Of a stretch of DNA of 64,000 nt, positions 1 through 12,051 are shown one piece after another; the first letter of the stretch is position 1; each line of letters begins with the position of its first letter. Origin of the DNA: Chiloscyllium plagiosum (Eukaryota); NCBI RefSeq assembly GCF_004010195.1, contig NC_057718.1, positions 101,218,629 to 101,282,628 of the forward strand. The letters run 5' to 3'. A model generated the notes under the pieces. It was not told where the DNA came from. It did not search any database and worked only from the letters and a program-made list of their open reading frames with translations. The translations under genes were made by a program, and so were the position numbers.

Positions 1-728
1 GTTCAATCAACAGTGGGACAAGAGCAACGAGGAACACATTGTGGAGCTAGCAGCTTCATTTTTTCCTCATTCCATAACTTTTCGGATCACGTTCAGCTTT
101 TCTCTCTCTGCATCATGGATGCACGTGTGCAAAGGATGGAGGTGCGTTCGTTGTATGTGGTATCAGCCTGGGAAAACTCAGCTCCACCAGCAGCAGGAAG
201 GCAGCCGATCTAATGTGAATTCCCCAGTTTCTGTCTGCAAGCGTGCAGAAAGCTTGGAAAATAGATCCCCACTGCAACCTTTTGCTCTTTCACTGAATAT
301 GGATGATGCTTCAGCCTGAGGGGTGTGGAAACCTGAGAAAGCTGCTGTCCAAGCTGAACAGCAGAATCTGTTCAAATAACTACACCGTATTGTTCTGTGG
401 CAAAATCACAGGGGAGGGGAAGCGCAAGCATACCAAAATGTTTTTCATTTTTGTTCAGCTCTTTTTATAGTGACATAATTTTATTTAAAATGCTCTTTCT
501 TGTCTCGTGAAATAACTTGATTCCACAAGGGAAGGCAGTACAATTTGAGATGGCCGTAGCTTGCCAGAATATGGTTTGTGTGGGAAATGGGACTTGCCAG
601 AGACTTAAAGATTTGGCCGGAGCATGATGGTCTTATTCTTAAGGCTTGTTTCTACCTGGTCACGTCATGACAAACAGTCAGGTCACATGCTGCATTATTC
701 ATGCCCAGGTCAACAGTGATGTGGAGGC

Positions 729-878
729 TGAAAATGTGTTGCTGGAAAAGCGCAGCAGGTCAGGCAGCATCCAAGGAGCAGGATTCTCCTGTTCCTTGGA
801 TGCTGCCTGACCTGCTGCGCTTTTCCAGCAACACATTTTCAGCTCTGATCGCCAGCATCTGCCGTCCTCACTTTCTCC
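729..878 (+). mobile_element. PLE-derived fold-back mini-element, family A (centre deleted, no ribozyme core)
   Basis: Inverted arms ctgaaaatgtgttgctggaaaagcgcagcagg / cctgctgcgcttttccagcaacacattttcag plus an unpaired tail; 15-bp TSD cagtgatgtggaggc at 714-728 and 879-893. Confidence 0.85.
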
Positions 879-893
879 CAGTGATGTGGAGGC

Positions 894-1003
894 GTCCATG
901 TTGGACTCGGGTGGACACAGTCAGAGGTCACACAACACCGGGTTATAGTCCAATGGGATTATTTGAAATCACAATTTCAGAGCGCTGTCCCTTCATCAGG
1001 TGA
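894..1003 (-). mobile_element. PLE terminus, family B, single diverged arm
   Basis: Matches family B arm cacacaacaccgggttatagtccaa...cttcatcaggtg; its end is interrupted by the 729-878 insert. Confidence 0.7.
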
Positions 1004-1575
1004 ACCTGATAGGGGTGTACAAGATGATGAGAGACATAGATAGAGTGTACAAAGTTAAAAATCACGCAACACCAGATTATAGTCCAACAGGTTTATTTGG
1101 AAGCACAAGCTTTCAGAGCGCTGCTCCTTCATCAGATAACTCCACTTGATAAAGGGGCAGCGTTCCGAAAGCTAGTGTTTCCAAATAAACCTGTTGGACT
1201 ATAACCTGGTGTTGTGTGATTTTTAACTTTGTACACCCCAGTCCAACACTGGCACCTCCTCATCATAGATAGAGTGGATAGCCAGAGACTTTTTCATAAG
1301 GTGAAAATGGCTATCATGGAGGGGCATAAGTTTAAGGTGGATTGGAGGAAGGTTTGGGGGAAATGTCAGAGGTAGGTTCTTCACTCAGAGAGTGGTGGGT
1401 GCCTGGAATGCACTGCCTGCAGTGGTAGTAGAGTCAGAGACATTAGGGACATTTAAGTGATTCTTGGATAGGCACATGGAAGTTAGTACAATGGAAGGTA
1501 TGTAGGTTAGTCTGATCTTAGAATAGGATAAAAGTCGACGTAACATCAAAGACCGAACGGTCTTTACTGTTCTAA
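1004..1575 (+). mobile_element. CR1 LINE 3' fragment, interrupted by a family B hairpin
   Basis: gacctgatag..gtacaagat, ttcttcactcagagagtggtgggtgcctggaatgcactgcc (FFTQRVV..WN.LP motif). Confidence 0.85.
1048..1263 (+). mobile_element. PLE-derived fold-back mini-element, family B
   Basis: aaagttaaaaatcac...gtgatttttaacttt inverted arms plus tail gtacaccccagtccaacactggcacctcc; 13-bp TSD catagatagagtg at 1035-1047 and 1264-1276. Confidence 0.9.
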
Positions 1576-1750
1576 AACATTATGATATTGATTTAAAACA
1601 CTCTTAAAAACCCGCAGGTCTACAATGGTATTCCCTGGAAAGAAATGTTCAGAGCAAGGAGAGCACCGAAGAATGATAAATAATGCTTTATTTCACCGGA
1701 TAAATGGCAGAGAAATGGGCCATTCAGCCCAACCCATCTGTGCTAGCCTG

Positions 1751-2219
1751 TACAGGCCTTCCGGTGGTTGCGAACAGGTTTGTGTTTTGGAGTTCGTTTG
1801 CAAGTCGATTTGTATACACGTACAATTAAAATAGCTGTTTGTAGCTATGGGAAACATTCTAATGCCCGGGGCGGCACGGTGGCTCAGTGGTTAGCACTGC
1901 TGCCTCACACCGCCAGGGACCCGGGTTCAATTCCAGCTTTGGGCAACTGTCTGTGTGGAGTTTGCACATTCTCCCCGTGTCCGTGTGGGTTTCCTCCCAC
2001 AATCCAAAAGATGTGCAGGTTCGGGTGGATTGGCCATATCAAATTGCCCATAGTGTCAGGTGTAAATATAAGATAAGGGAATGGTCCTGGGTGTGTTGCT
2101 CTTCGCAGGGTCAGTGTGGACTTGTTGGGCTGAAGGGCCTGTTTACATACTGGAGGTAATCTAATCTTTAAATTTCACCCCTATTTCGGATTGTGTTTAT
2201 AAATCAGGAGCACCCTGTA
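1751..2219. mobile_element. Tigger/pogo-like MITE interrupted by an HE1 SINE
   Basis: TA-CAGG...CCTG-TA ends; internal similarity to 35243-35462 (ggttgcgaa, aaatagctgttt, ggattgtgttt). Confidence 0.55.
1868..2167 (+). mobile_element. HE1-type tRNA-derived V-SINE
   Basis: tRNA head with A box tggctcagtgg and B box ggttcaattcc; V-domain tgtggagtttgcacattctccccgtg; CR1-like tail ending aatctaatct. Confidence 0.9.
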
Positions 2220-2559
2220 CATTCCCACAAGAGTCTCTATCCCATCCCATTCCTTGCATTCTCACCTAAGATGTCACAACAAAGCCAACGATCGTTTATA
2301 GCTTATCTTTCATACAGCTGTTGGCTCCGATCATCAGTGATTGTTGAGAGTGAGCCTGACAGTGTTGGCAGCTGCTGCGCTGGAGGCAGAGGAGGGAGCA
2401 GCAGAGGATATTCCATTCCACTTGTCACCTCTCCGCCTTTCAGAGTATCGTTCCAGTTCCTTTCCTTTTCTGGAATTGCCTCCTTTCCTTTTTAAAGCAC
2501 AGAACCCATTTCTCGTGAGGAGTGAGTTCCACTTTCTAAAAGTCGCCATATTGCTGTCA

Positions 2560-2705
2560 TATTAGAGGGCTACTCTCTCATTAGAGAGACAGTGGTTTAA
2601 CCTGAGAATCGACAGGCCTCAGATGAGGGATGAAGGTTGGGAAGATGGAGCCTTCATGGTGACCTCAACTGGTGTGGGAACTGAACCCATGCTGTTGACT
2701 GTGCT
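2560..2705 (-). mobile_element. tRNA-derived SINE fragment (related copies at ~6840-6965 minus and ~61645-62060 plus)
   Basis: Shared ggtttaacctgag...cctcag motif among the three copies; tRNA-like head seen in the 61645 copy. Confidence 0.5.
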
Positions 2706-2739
2706 CTGTTCTTTTAGGGCATAGTCCTTGGGTAAAGAG

Positions 2740-3221
2740 TTCAAGACTGAGACGAGGAGGAATTTCTCTTGTCAGAGGGTCGATTAAAGACTAGAACTGG
2801 TCAAGCAGCATCAGAGGAGCAGGAGAGGCAACATTTCATGTCAGGACCCTTCATCAGGACTGGGGGAGGGTCCTGATCTAAAACATCTACTTTCCTGCTC
2901 CTCTGATGCTGCTTTACCTGCTGTGTTTTTACCAGCTCCACAATTTATTGACTCTGACTCTCCAGCATCTGCAATCTTCACTATCTCTTCTCAGAGGGTT
3001 GAGAGTCTTTTTAATTCCTTGCCACAGAGAGCTGTTGGGGGTTGGGGGGAGGCGCGTAGTCCTAGGCTGAGATAGATAGATTCTCGATCAGTCAGGGAAT
3101 CGAGGGTCATGGGGCAAGGAGGTGGACGTGAGGAATGTTGGATCGATTATGATCCTATTGAATGGCGGAGAAGGTTGGAGGGGCCGAATGGCCTAATCCT
3201 GTTCCTATTTCTTATGGTCTT
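2740..3221 (+). mobile_element. CR1 3' fragment containing a diverged PLE hairpin (2781-2983)
   Basis: gaggaatttctct..cagagggttg, gggccgaatggcctaatcctgttcctatttcttatg; near-TSD tctctt(g/c)tcagagggt at 2765-2780 and 2984-2999. Confidence 0.75.
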
Positions 3222-4299
3222 CTGTTGGTGTCACTTCCCATTGCAAACTAACCAGCCATCCATCCAACTGAGCTAACCAACTCCCTCCGTCCACACCCCC
3301 ATCACTTTCTAAACACTGTCTGAGAAATGAAATTTCTCCTTATTTTCCTCTTGGATCTGGTAATAACTATCTTGTGTTTAGTTTGAGATTCTCCCACAGG
3401 TTGAGGCATTTTCTCACCATCTGCTGTGTCCAACCTAATTGTCATTTTAGAATCTCCCATTAGGACTTTACTAAACCATCTCTCTTCAAACAGAAGGTGT
3501 CTAAACTTGTTGACCATTTGTTGGTAGCCACTTAGCTCCCACATCATACCTTTAAATCATCCTTTCCCAGCTGCAAAGTATGTAAACTGGGAAATGTGGA
3601 CACAACCTGACCAGGAACCCTTATTGTAACGTCACTTTGGAACAATTTCTTTTTGAAGACGCTGTGATCTCACTCTGTCAGGTCGTCACTGGGAAATATT
3701 GAAGAAAGCAATTGCAAGAGATGGTGCTTCCAGCAGGTTGTAAATTGTAGAAAGAATCCTAAACTGACGGCCTTTTATCAAGTGCTGCTGTATCAAGAAT
3801 TGTTTTAACAAAAGACGGCTGAGGCAGAGGCTGGCAGTAAGATGTATTTGCAATTTAACTGTCCCGTTGAGAGTGATGTGAAACTCCTCGTGGCTTGGGG
3901 CAAGATGCAGTCCATCTGCTGCCTTGTGCTTCCATTGTTTTGTCAGGGAGAACATGTGTGGAATGCTACGCAGCCATTCATTCTCGAGTGTTGGGTGTCA
4001 CAACACTTAGTTTGTCAAAATGGTTAACATGGTGCCTCAGGAAAGAACTTGCAGTTTGTATCACGCCATTCATGACCTCAGGATGTCCTGACTCATTTTG
4101 CAGCCAATGAAAGACTCTTAAGGTCTTGTCACTTGTGTTAATGTTGAGCACTGGAGTGAATTTTACCACATTTCTCTCTAATAGTTTAGCTCAATGTCTG
4201 TGATTTGCGATACAAGACAGTTATTAAATGTCTATTAGTTGAACTTAGTTACGGACAGTTTGCAGACATTAACCAGGGTTTTTCTTTTACCTCTATAAA

Positions 4300-4720
4300 C
4301 AGGAACAAAGTGGAAATGTGGCTAAAGCAGCAAATGCTGGAGATCACAGCATCCATGGAGAGAGAGCAAGCTAAAGTTTCGAGTCTAGATGACTCTTCGT
4401 CAGAGCTGAATTCATGTCACGTTAGCTTACTCTGTCTCCATGGAATCAGAAAGTGTGGCACTGGAAAAGCACAGCAGGAGAGCCGAGGAGTAGGAGAGTC
4501 AACATTTCAGGCATAAGCTCATGCCTGAAACATCGACTCTCCTGCTCCTCTGGTGCTGCCTGACCTGCTGTGCTTTCCCAGCGCCACATGTTCCAACTCT
4601 GACTCTCCAGCATCTGCGGTCCTCACATTCTCCTCTCTCTCCATGGATGCAGCCTGACCAGCTGCGATCTCTAGTATTTGTTGCTTTCAGTACAGATTTC
4701 AGCATCTGCAGTAATCTGCT
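4300..4720. mobile_element. Old PLE hairpin with a nested family A hairpin (4445-4632)
   Basis: Outer arms gcagcaaatgctggagatc / gatctctagtatttgttgc; inner near-TSD ctct(g/c)tctccatgga at 4430-4444 and 4633-4647. Confidence 0.7.
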
Positions 4721-4891
4721 CCTGGAAATGTGGTTGCTGGGTGCATGAATGTATTGTGTGGTTCTGTAAATAAATATTTATAAAAGTGTGTAAAGTTCTG
4801 TTCTTAAACAGCTGGCTTTCTGGAAGTCCATAATGGTGCTGTGTTCTCTGGGTGGACTCCTCTAGTCATAAAGTGGTACATTGCAGAAAGA

Positions 4892-5094
4892 GGAGAAAGT
4901 GAGGACTGCAGATGCTGGAGATCAGAGCTGAAAATGTGTTGCTGGAAAAGCGCAGCAGGTCAGGCAGCATCCAAGGAGCAGGAGAATCGACGTTTCAGGC
5001 ATAAGCTGAAGAAGGGCTTATGCCCGAAACGTCGATTCTCCTGTTCCTTGGATGCTGCCTGACCTGCTGCGCTTTTCCAGCAAAACATTTTCAG
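4892..5094 (-). mobile_element. PLE fold-back mini-element, family A
   Basis: Tail on the left, inverted arms, core ctgaagaagggcttatgcccgaaacgtc; 13-bp TSD cattgcagaaaga at 4879-4891 and 5095-5107. Confidence 0.9.
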
Positions 5095-5119
5095 CATTGC
5101 AGAAAGAAGCCATTCATCC

Positions 5120-5470
5120 CATGGTGATTATAAAATCACGAGGGACACCAACAGGGTGAATAGATAAAGTCTGTTCCCCAGGATAGGAGAGTCCAAAACT
5201 AGAGGGCATAAGTTTAAGGTGAAAAGGAAAAGATAAACGAGGGACGTAAGGTGCTACTTTTTCACACAGAGGGTGGTACGTGTATGGAATGAGCTTCCAC
5301 AGGAAGTGATGGAGGCTGGTACAATTGCAACATGAAAAAGGCACCTGGGTGGGTATGTGAATATGGAGGGTTTAGAGGGACATGGGTCAAATGCTGGCAA
5401 ATGGAAATAGATTAATTTAGCATGTCCGGTTGACATGGACAAGTTGGACCAAAGGGTCTGTTTCTGTGAC
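5120..5470 (+). mobile_element. CR1 3' fragment
   Basis: ggagagtccaaaactagagggcataagtttaaggtga...ttttcacacagagggtggtacgtgtatggaatgagct. Confidence 0.9.
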
Positions 5471-7005
5471 TGTGCCAGTATATCAGCTGTTAAGGCAAGA
5501 GGACTTTAGTGCAGGAACAATAAAGGTCTTGCTTCTATTATTATGTAGAACATTGGTGAGACTGCACCGAGTGTATCATATTCAATTCTGGTCCCTTGCC
5601 TAAGGAAAGAAGCACTTGTGATCTGAGAGATTGCAATGGATATGCATCAAACTGATTCCGGGGACTAGTATTTTTTGAAATTTGCTCCTCCTTTAGTTCC
5701 CAAGTAATAAGCCTGTATTGCCAGCCTTCATCGGAGCACGTTCTTATTTTACAACCTATGGAGGCGCGGTGACAAGAGAACTTGGTAAAGCAAGGTGCAT
5801 AAAGGCCATGTTCTTTCCCTCCTCTTTCCTGTTGTTTGGTTGGAACTTGCTGAATCGTTGGAGAAACAAAAGCTGTGAAAACATTCATTTGGTTTTCACC
5901 TTGTGACTCCGACCTATGTTCTGGAATCCATAAATTCACAGCCCAGCCCCACCCTTCCCGAATCTCAAGAGAGTTTAGCTTGCTGATCACTTTACCGAGT
6001 TGCGCTGTGTGTTACAGTGCTGTCACTGAATAACTGAGAATATTACTTTGAGTACTGGGATGGCCCCAGGGTATTAAAACTGATTGAGTTTTTCTTTTCA
6101 TAGCTTGACAAGATGAGTAGACTATGTGAGGGGAAAGCTAGTAATGTATTGCCACTACAGATGAGATTCGATTGGAGAGAGTTGCTTTCTTTTCATTTTG
6201 AAACACCTACACTTTATGAATTTGCTCTCCATTGAATGAAGCTGATTGAAAATGAGGTTTTTTTTTGCCAATGTGGGGAATATTCGCTTAGTGCTTTCAT
6301 GCTTTTGAGAGACGGAGCTCTATGATTCAGTGAAATAGCGGGATGTGTACTTTGTTCCACCGTGCTTTTTAAAAAGTAGCGAGGTAATCAATGGTGGATG
6401 AATGTCTTATGAACGAGTAGGATCAGCAATGAGCCAAATCCTCACGGTTCACCATGTTAACCTGTCAGACTTGTTCGAGCAAGTTTAGGTTTTCAAATTC
6501 TTCTGCCCCAGTAGTTGCTAAAGAGTCTGGAAGAATCTCTTTGAGATAACAAGATATTGCTAATTACACATAAGCAACAAGATACTGGTTCCATTGTTAT
6601 GGTGGACATCATTACAGAAACTTGGAGGAGGACCTGGATGTTGGGGCTCTGTCCTTGAAGGTCTAAGCTGTTCTGTCCATGAACCCAAATAACATCATCA
6701 TAGTGGGGGCATGCTTATGGCATTCTTCAGAGTTAACCCTTTCAGACTCTTATTGACCTTTGTACAACACTAACTTGCATGTGTGTTCCATCTTTACTGT
6801 CATAAAAATGTCCCTAAGTGCTTCAAAGGAGTAAAAGTGAGGTCACCAGAGTCCCGTAAGGCTACTCCCTCATTATTGACAGATGGTTGGTGATGGTTTA
6901 ACCTGAGGGTCACCATGCCTCAGGCAAGGGGAGAGGTTGAAACATTCATGGTGACTTTAGTGATGGGAAAGTAATTACCAAACAATATTTGATGTTTGAA
7001 GGCTT

Positions 7006-7006
7006 G

Positions 7007-7039
<33 letters not shown>

Positions 7040-7112
7040 AGTGTGTGTGCATGTGTGTGTGTGTGTGTGTGTGTATGTGAGTGTGTGTGCGCGTGCATGT
7101 GTGTGTGTGTGT
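7006..7112. repeat. (TG)n microsatellite, imperfect
   Basis: Visible directly. Confidence 0.95.
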
Positions 7113-7636
7113 TAGAGGTGGAAACAGAGTTCTTTGTATTTTTGTCTGGCTTAGATCCACAGTCAATAATACTTTAACCAAATGAGCTATTGTGAGATTT
7201 GATATTTTTATAATCCACATTGATGTGGGAGTATTACCTTGCACGGTGTTTGCCAAGTCTGATTCATATAAAAGTGTTTTCCTCATGTTGAGTGTTCTGG
7301 AATGTCAAAATGAAAATAGCTCCAGCAGAAATACTGTCCCTGGAGATGTGGACTAAGAACTAACAGTTGGTCAGAATGTTGTTCTTACAATACACTTGAA
7401 TATTTGTTTGCATCTCCACTTAAAGTTAAGGTGTATTTTACCGTGGATCACCTTAATGAGCCCATTACACAGTCAGCTATCACAAGATTGCACATGTGAC
7501 ATTTTCTGCTCACCTCGGCTAGTTGTCATCTTGTACTTAAAACTAATCTTGAATTCAACAAGAATTTGGAAGTTATTGGGCTAGAGTATGACAGAACTCT
7601 GAGCTGAAAGTATTTGGAGCTTTAACCTAACTTGCA

Positions 7637-9192
7637 GAGAGTCATAGAAATGTACATCACGGAAATAACTTGTCCATGCTGACCAGATATCCCAACCCAA
7701 TCTAGTCTCACCTGCCAGCACCCGGCCCATATCTCTCCAAACCCTTCCTATTCATATACCCATCCAAATGCCTTTTAAATGCTGTAATTGTACCAGCCTC
7801 CACCATTGTCTCTGGCAGCTCATTCCATACATGTACCACCCTCTGCATGAAAAAGTTGCCCCTTAGGTCTATTTTATATCTTTCCTCCCTCACCCTAAAC
7901 ATATGCCTTCGAATTCTGGACTCCCCCACCCCAGGAAAGAGACTCTCTGGGTCCCAACCCCACCCCACCTTATTAGTTTAAATCCTCCTGAGCAGCTCGA
8001 GCAAATCTCCCTGCCAGTATATTAGTCCCCTTCCAATTCAGGTGCAATCCATCCTTCTTGTACAGGTCACTTCTACCCCAGAAGAGATTCCAATGATCCA
8101 AAAATGCGAATCCTTCTCCCATACACCAGCTCCTCAGCCATGCATTCATCTGCTCTGTCCTCCTATTCCTGCCCTCACTCGCTCGTAGCACCAGGAGTAA
8201 TCCAGATATTACTACTCTCGAGGATCTCCTTTTTAAATTCCTGCCTAATTCTGTATATTCTCCCTTCAGAATCTCATCCTTTTCCCTTCCTATGTCATTG
8301 GTACCAATGTGTACAATGACCTCCTGCTGGGCCCTGTCCTCCTGGAGAACATTCTGCACCCTCTCTGAGACGTCCTTGATCCTGGCACCAGGGAGGCAAC
8401 ACACCATTCTGATTTTTTGCTGCTGGCCACAGAAACATCTGTCTGTACCTCAGACGAGAGAGTCCCCTAATCGATCTCTTGGAAACGAAGTACCCCTCAT
8501 TGCATTGGAGCCAGTTTCGATACCAGAAATTTGACTGTTCGTGCTACATTCCCCTGAGAATCCATTGCCCCCTACATTTTCCAAAACAGCAAACCTGTTT
8601 GAAATGGGGATAGCCACAAAAGACACCTGCAATACCTGCCTACCTCTCTTACCTTTTCTGGAGTTAACCCATCTATGTGACTGTATCTGAGACTTTCCTC
8701 CCTTCCTATAACTGCCATCCATCACATCCCCTTGCTCTTGTACATTCCTCAGTGCTTCTAACTGTTGCTCCAACTGATCTATTCGATCTGAAAGGATTCG
8801 CAACCAATGGCATTTATTGCAAATATAATCCTCAGTAACACAAACTCTCCCTAAACTCCCATTTCTAACAAGAACAGCATATCACTCTACTAAAGGCCAT
8901 TATTTCTTCTTCAGTAACTGTGCAGGTTCACTGCTGTGTCAGTTAGCAGTGTGAGTTTTTTTCTTTCTCTTTCTCTCTCCTGCACTGACTGACCATGTGC
9001 TGTTCCTCTCCCTTTTAAAAGTGCTGTTGTTTTGACTTTTTTTCCAAGTTTCCAAAACAATGCAACAGCATATAAAACAGTAATTTCTGCACCTGGAATT
9101 CAAGGAAATCACCTCCAATACCTAAAATACCTCAAAAAAGGGGCAACCTGTTCCAGCCAGAAATCTTTCCCGTCCTCCATCTTGGATTACCC
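7637..9192 (-). mobile_element. CR1 LINE with 5' region, ORF1 and 3' end but almost no ORF2
   Basis: Putative 5' end ccaagatggaggacggg near 9190; ORF1 pieces 8450-8803 and 7973-8407; ORF2 C-terminus and 3' tail at 7637-7950. Confidence 0.85.
7973..8803 (-). pseudogene. CR1 ORF1p remnant: coiled-coil region plus SGNH esterase domain, split over two ORFs
   Basis: RIDQLEQQLEALR; PISNRFAVL; CLPGARIKDV, VHIGTNDI, VVISGLL, DGLHLN esterase motifs typical of CR1 ORF1. Confidence 0.9.
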
Positions 9193-9543
9193 AGAATCTT
9201 TGACCTGTGTTTGTCCATTCACCTCCATTGCTCCTGTTTATGGCAACATCCCTGAAGTTAACACTTCGTTAAACATTTTGACCTTTTCTGAAATTTCTCT
9301 GTAGTTTTGCCCCTTCCTGTATCTGTACCTCCTCCTCTATCCCTTTACAACACCCAGAGATGCATATGCTCCTCCAATTCTCCTGCCTATTCCTCCAATT
9401 TGAATTGCTGCACCATCTAAGCTCTGGATGCCCCCCAACTCTCTCTGCTCCTTTTAAGATGTTGTTTGAACCAAACATTTGATCACAAGTCTTGGTATCT
9501 GTTCATGTGGCCCACTTTTGTTTGATAACACTGACTTGGACCC

Positions 9544-9640
9544 TTATGCACTTTGTATGGTATGACCTGCCTGTACTGCACTCAAAGCAAAACTTTTCAA
9601 TGTACCTAGGTACATGTGACAATAGAAAATCAAATCAAAA
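9544..9640 (+). mobile_element. Rex1/Babar-type LINE 3' tail
   Basis: tgtacctaggtacatgtgacaat..aaatcaaatcaaa, same tail as at 49040 and 59470. Confidence 0.6.
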
Positions 9641-9683
9641 ATTAAATGTATTACTATATTACTGAAACTATATAAATACAACT

Positions 9684-9917
9684 TAATAAAAACCGCAAGA
9701 GTTGCGGATGCTGTAAACCAGAGACAAAAATAGAAATTGCTGGAAAAGCTCAGCAGGTCTGGCAGCATTTGTGGAGAGGAATCAGAGTTATTGTTTCACA
9801 TTGAGTGACCCTTCTTCAGAACTCAGGAACTGAGGAAGGGTCACTCGACCCAAAATGTTAACTCTGATTTCTCTCCGCAGATGCTGCCCGACCTGCTGAG
9901 CTTCTGTTTCTGTCTTT
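9684..9917 (-). mobile_element. PLE fold-back element, family C
   Basis: ctcagcaggtctggcagca...tgacccttcttcagaac / ctgaggaagggtca...ctgctgag arms; near-TSD aat(a/g)caactt. Confidence 0.8.
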
Positions 9918-10729
9918 CAATGCAACTTGTTGCATAGCAATTGAATATACTTTCATGAGTCAATTTATTTGTAGGTTATTAGCAGAACCAATGTGTAAAG
10001 GTTACTTTCGAGAGGTTGGAACACGGAGGTTCAGAGCTTATTGCCATGTTTAGGCACTCTATTTGTTATAATGTCTAAACCAGGTTCTGTTGGCAATGGG
10101 GAAAGGCAGACCAAATAAAACACTGAGGCATCAATGACAATTATGAATCACCCCATTACACACAAAAAGAACTGTTTTGCAGATATTCCCCTGTAAACAC
10201 TTGAGGTAATTTTCTGAGCTTGCTTAGTTTGACAAAATAACAAGAATGGAGCTGTTTTTCACTGTCAGAGGGAAAAAGCACCAGGAGAGCAGGTTAGAGG
10301 CGCAGTCTGCGTTCACTGTTCATTGCACACGTCGGACTCCTTTCTTTGCTGACTGACAGAGTTGCAGGAACGAAGCAAGGTATTGGGAGGAGATAGGAAA
10401 TAAAGTCACAGAAGAAACAACACTGCTAGAATTACCTTAGACTTGATGAAGCTGGAAGCAGTAAGAAGAAACAATGGATATAAAATATGGTGAAAGATTA
10501 CTAAGGAGGTAACAGTAAAACCTGGTTAGACTGAAGAGCAATCAAAGCACTAAGAGGTTATTGGTGTCCGAACAAATTAAGAGAATGAGAGAAAAGCAAA
10601 GTATTGATGGTGGTAGAATGATTCTTTTGACTGTATGAGTAGGAAGTTGTGTTGTGGCGATCAGATAGGAAGACTTAACCCTGGGGTTACACCTTATCCT
10701 GTCTCTCCAATCCTTTCTGACTTGGAAAT

Positions 10730-10912
10730 ATATCTCAGTTCACTCACTGCCATTGTGTAAAAATTCAGGAATGGCCCCCCTAACAGCACTATGCCCCTGC
10801 ACCACAGGACTGCAACAGTTAAAGACAGCAGCTTGCCAACTTCTCCAGTGGGCAGTTAGGGATGAGCAATAAATTCTGACCCAATCAGCGATGCCCACTT
10901 CTCATGAATGAA
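10730..10912 (+). mobile_element. L2/CR1-group LINE 3' tail (also ~16225-16380 minus, ~42885-43140 minus, ~43835-43910 plus, ~54455-54520 minus, ~59390-59465 minus)
   Basis: gggcagttagggatgagcaataaattctg...gatgcccac...catgaatgaat shared among copies. Confidence 0.7.
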
Positions 10913-11689
10913 TGAGAAGGAATGATTACAGGATTCAAGTACAGTTAATTATTTCAAAATGTTCTGTTGAGCAGGTTACAGCAGTGACCACTTCGTCTCT
11001 CTTTGTAGAAACGTAAAAAATAAGAGTGGGGATGGCCATTGTATATGATCGTGGCAGACCACCCAACTCAATTTCCTGTTCCTGCTTTCTTCCCCACATG
11101 CTTTAATTCTTTTTAGCCCTCGGAATTAAATCTGTCTCCTTCTTGACAGTGTTCAATGTTTCGGCGTCAACAGTTTTCTGTGACAGAGAATTCTACAGGC
11201 TGACCTGTCTCTCTAGGTGAAGAAATCTCTCTTATCTCCGTCCCTGAGCAGTTCAGCATAGTGTCACAGAACTATAACAGAACTCTTTTAAAAGAAATGC
11301 AGTAAACATGAAGAAACTGTTGATCTGTTTCTTGTGGTTCCAGATGAGGGGGAGTGTTTGGTAGAGTCCTCCTGGAAATGATGAGAGTGGGTCTTTAATT
11401 ACACTTGCATTGACAGAGAGAAACTCACCTTCACCTCTGATGATGGCTCCTCTGACCCCAGAGCACTCCTTTGGTACTGCATGGAAACATCATGAATTTT
11501 CCACTCAGGTCCTGGAGGTGTTTGAATATACAACTACCAGACTCATCAGGCTATTAGAGTCATAGAGATGTACAGCATGGAAACAGACCCTTCGGTCTAA
11601 CTTGTCCATGCCGACCAGATATCTCAACCCAAACTAGTCCCACCTGTCAGTACCTGGCCCATATCTCTCCAAACCTTTCCTATTCATAT

Positions 11690-12051
11690 TCTGGATTAGT
11701 GGTGCTGGAAGAGCACAGCAGTTCAGGCAGCATCCGAGGAGCAGCAAAATCGACGTTTCGCAAAAGCCCTTCATCAGGAATAAAGCTCTTCCAGCACCAC
11801 TAATCCAAAATCTGGTTTCCAGCATCTGCAGTCGTTGTTTTTACCTTGTTGATTTTAACCCTACTGCGAATCCTCTTGCAAGGATGCCTGCCTTGAAGAA
11901 GTTTTCCTCCTCTCAAGCTTTATTCCTGATGAAGGGCTTTTGCCCGAAACGTCGAGTTTGCTGCTTCTCGGATGCTGCCTGAACTGCTGTGCTCTTCCAG
12001 CACCACTAATCCAAAATCTGGTTTCCAGCATCTGCAGTCATTGTTTTTACC
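11690..12051 (+). mobile_element. PLE composite insert, family A2: inverted arm plus two direct termini
   Basis: 13-bp TSD ttcctattcatat at 11677-11689 and 12052-12064. Confidence 0.9.
11922..11957 (+). ncRNA. Minimal type I hammerhead ribozyme motif (PLE-associated)
   Basis: attc-CTGATGA-a-GGGC tttt GCCC-GAAA-CG-TC-gagt: conserved core, 4-bp stem II, palindromic stem III, 4-bp stem I. Confidence 0.75.

Noticed and set aside
1..375. Overlapping short ORFs in unique sequence at the window start
   Set aside because: No recognisable homology or clear splice signals; a UTR or terminal exon cannot be excluded
729..878. Hairpins as MITEs or miRNA precursors
   Set aside because: Variable 9-16 bp TSDs, asymmetric ends and linkage to GIY-YIG fragments point to PLE origin; no small-RNA evidence is available here
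1868..1940. tRNA-like sequences with A and B boxes
   Set aside because: SINE heads continuing into V-domain bodies, not tRNA genes
2266..2487. Minus-strand exon candidate (ag...gtgag) with protein-like composition
   Set aside because: All three frames contain stops, the acceptor is weak and the peptide is unrecognised
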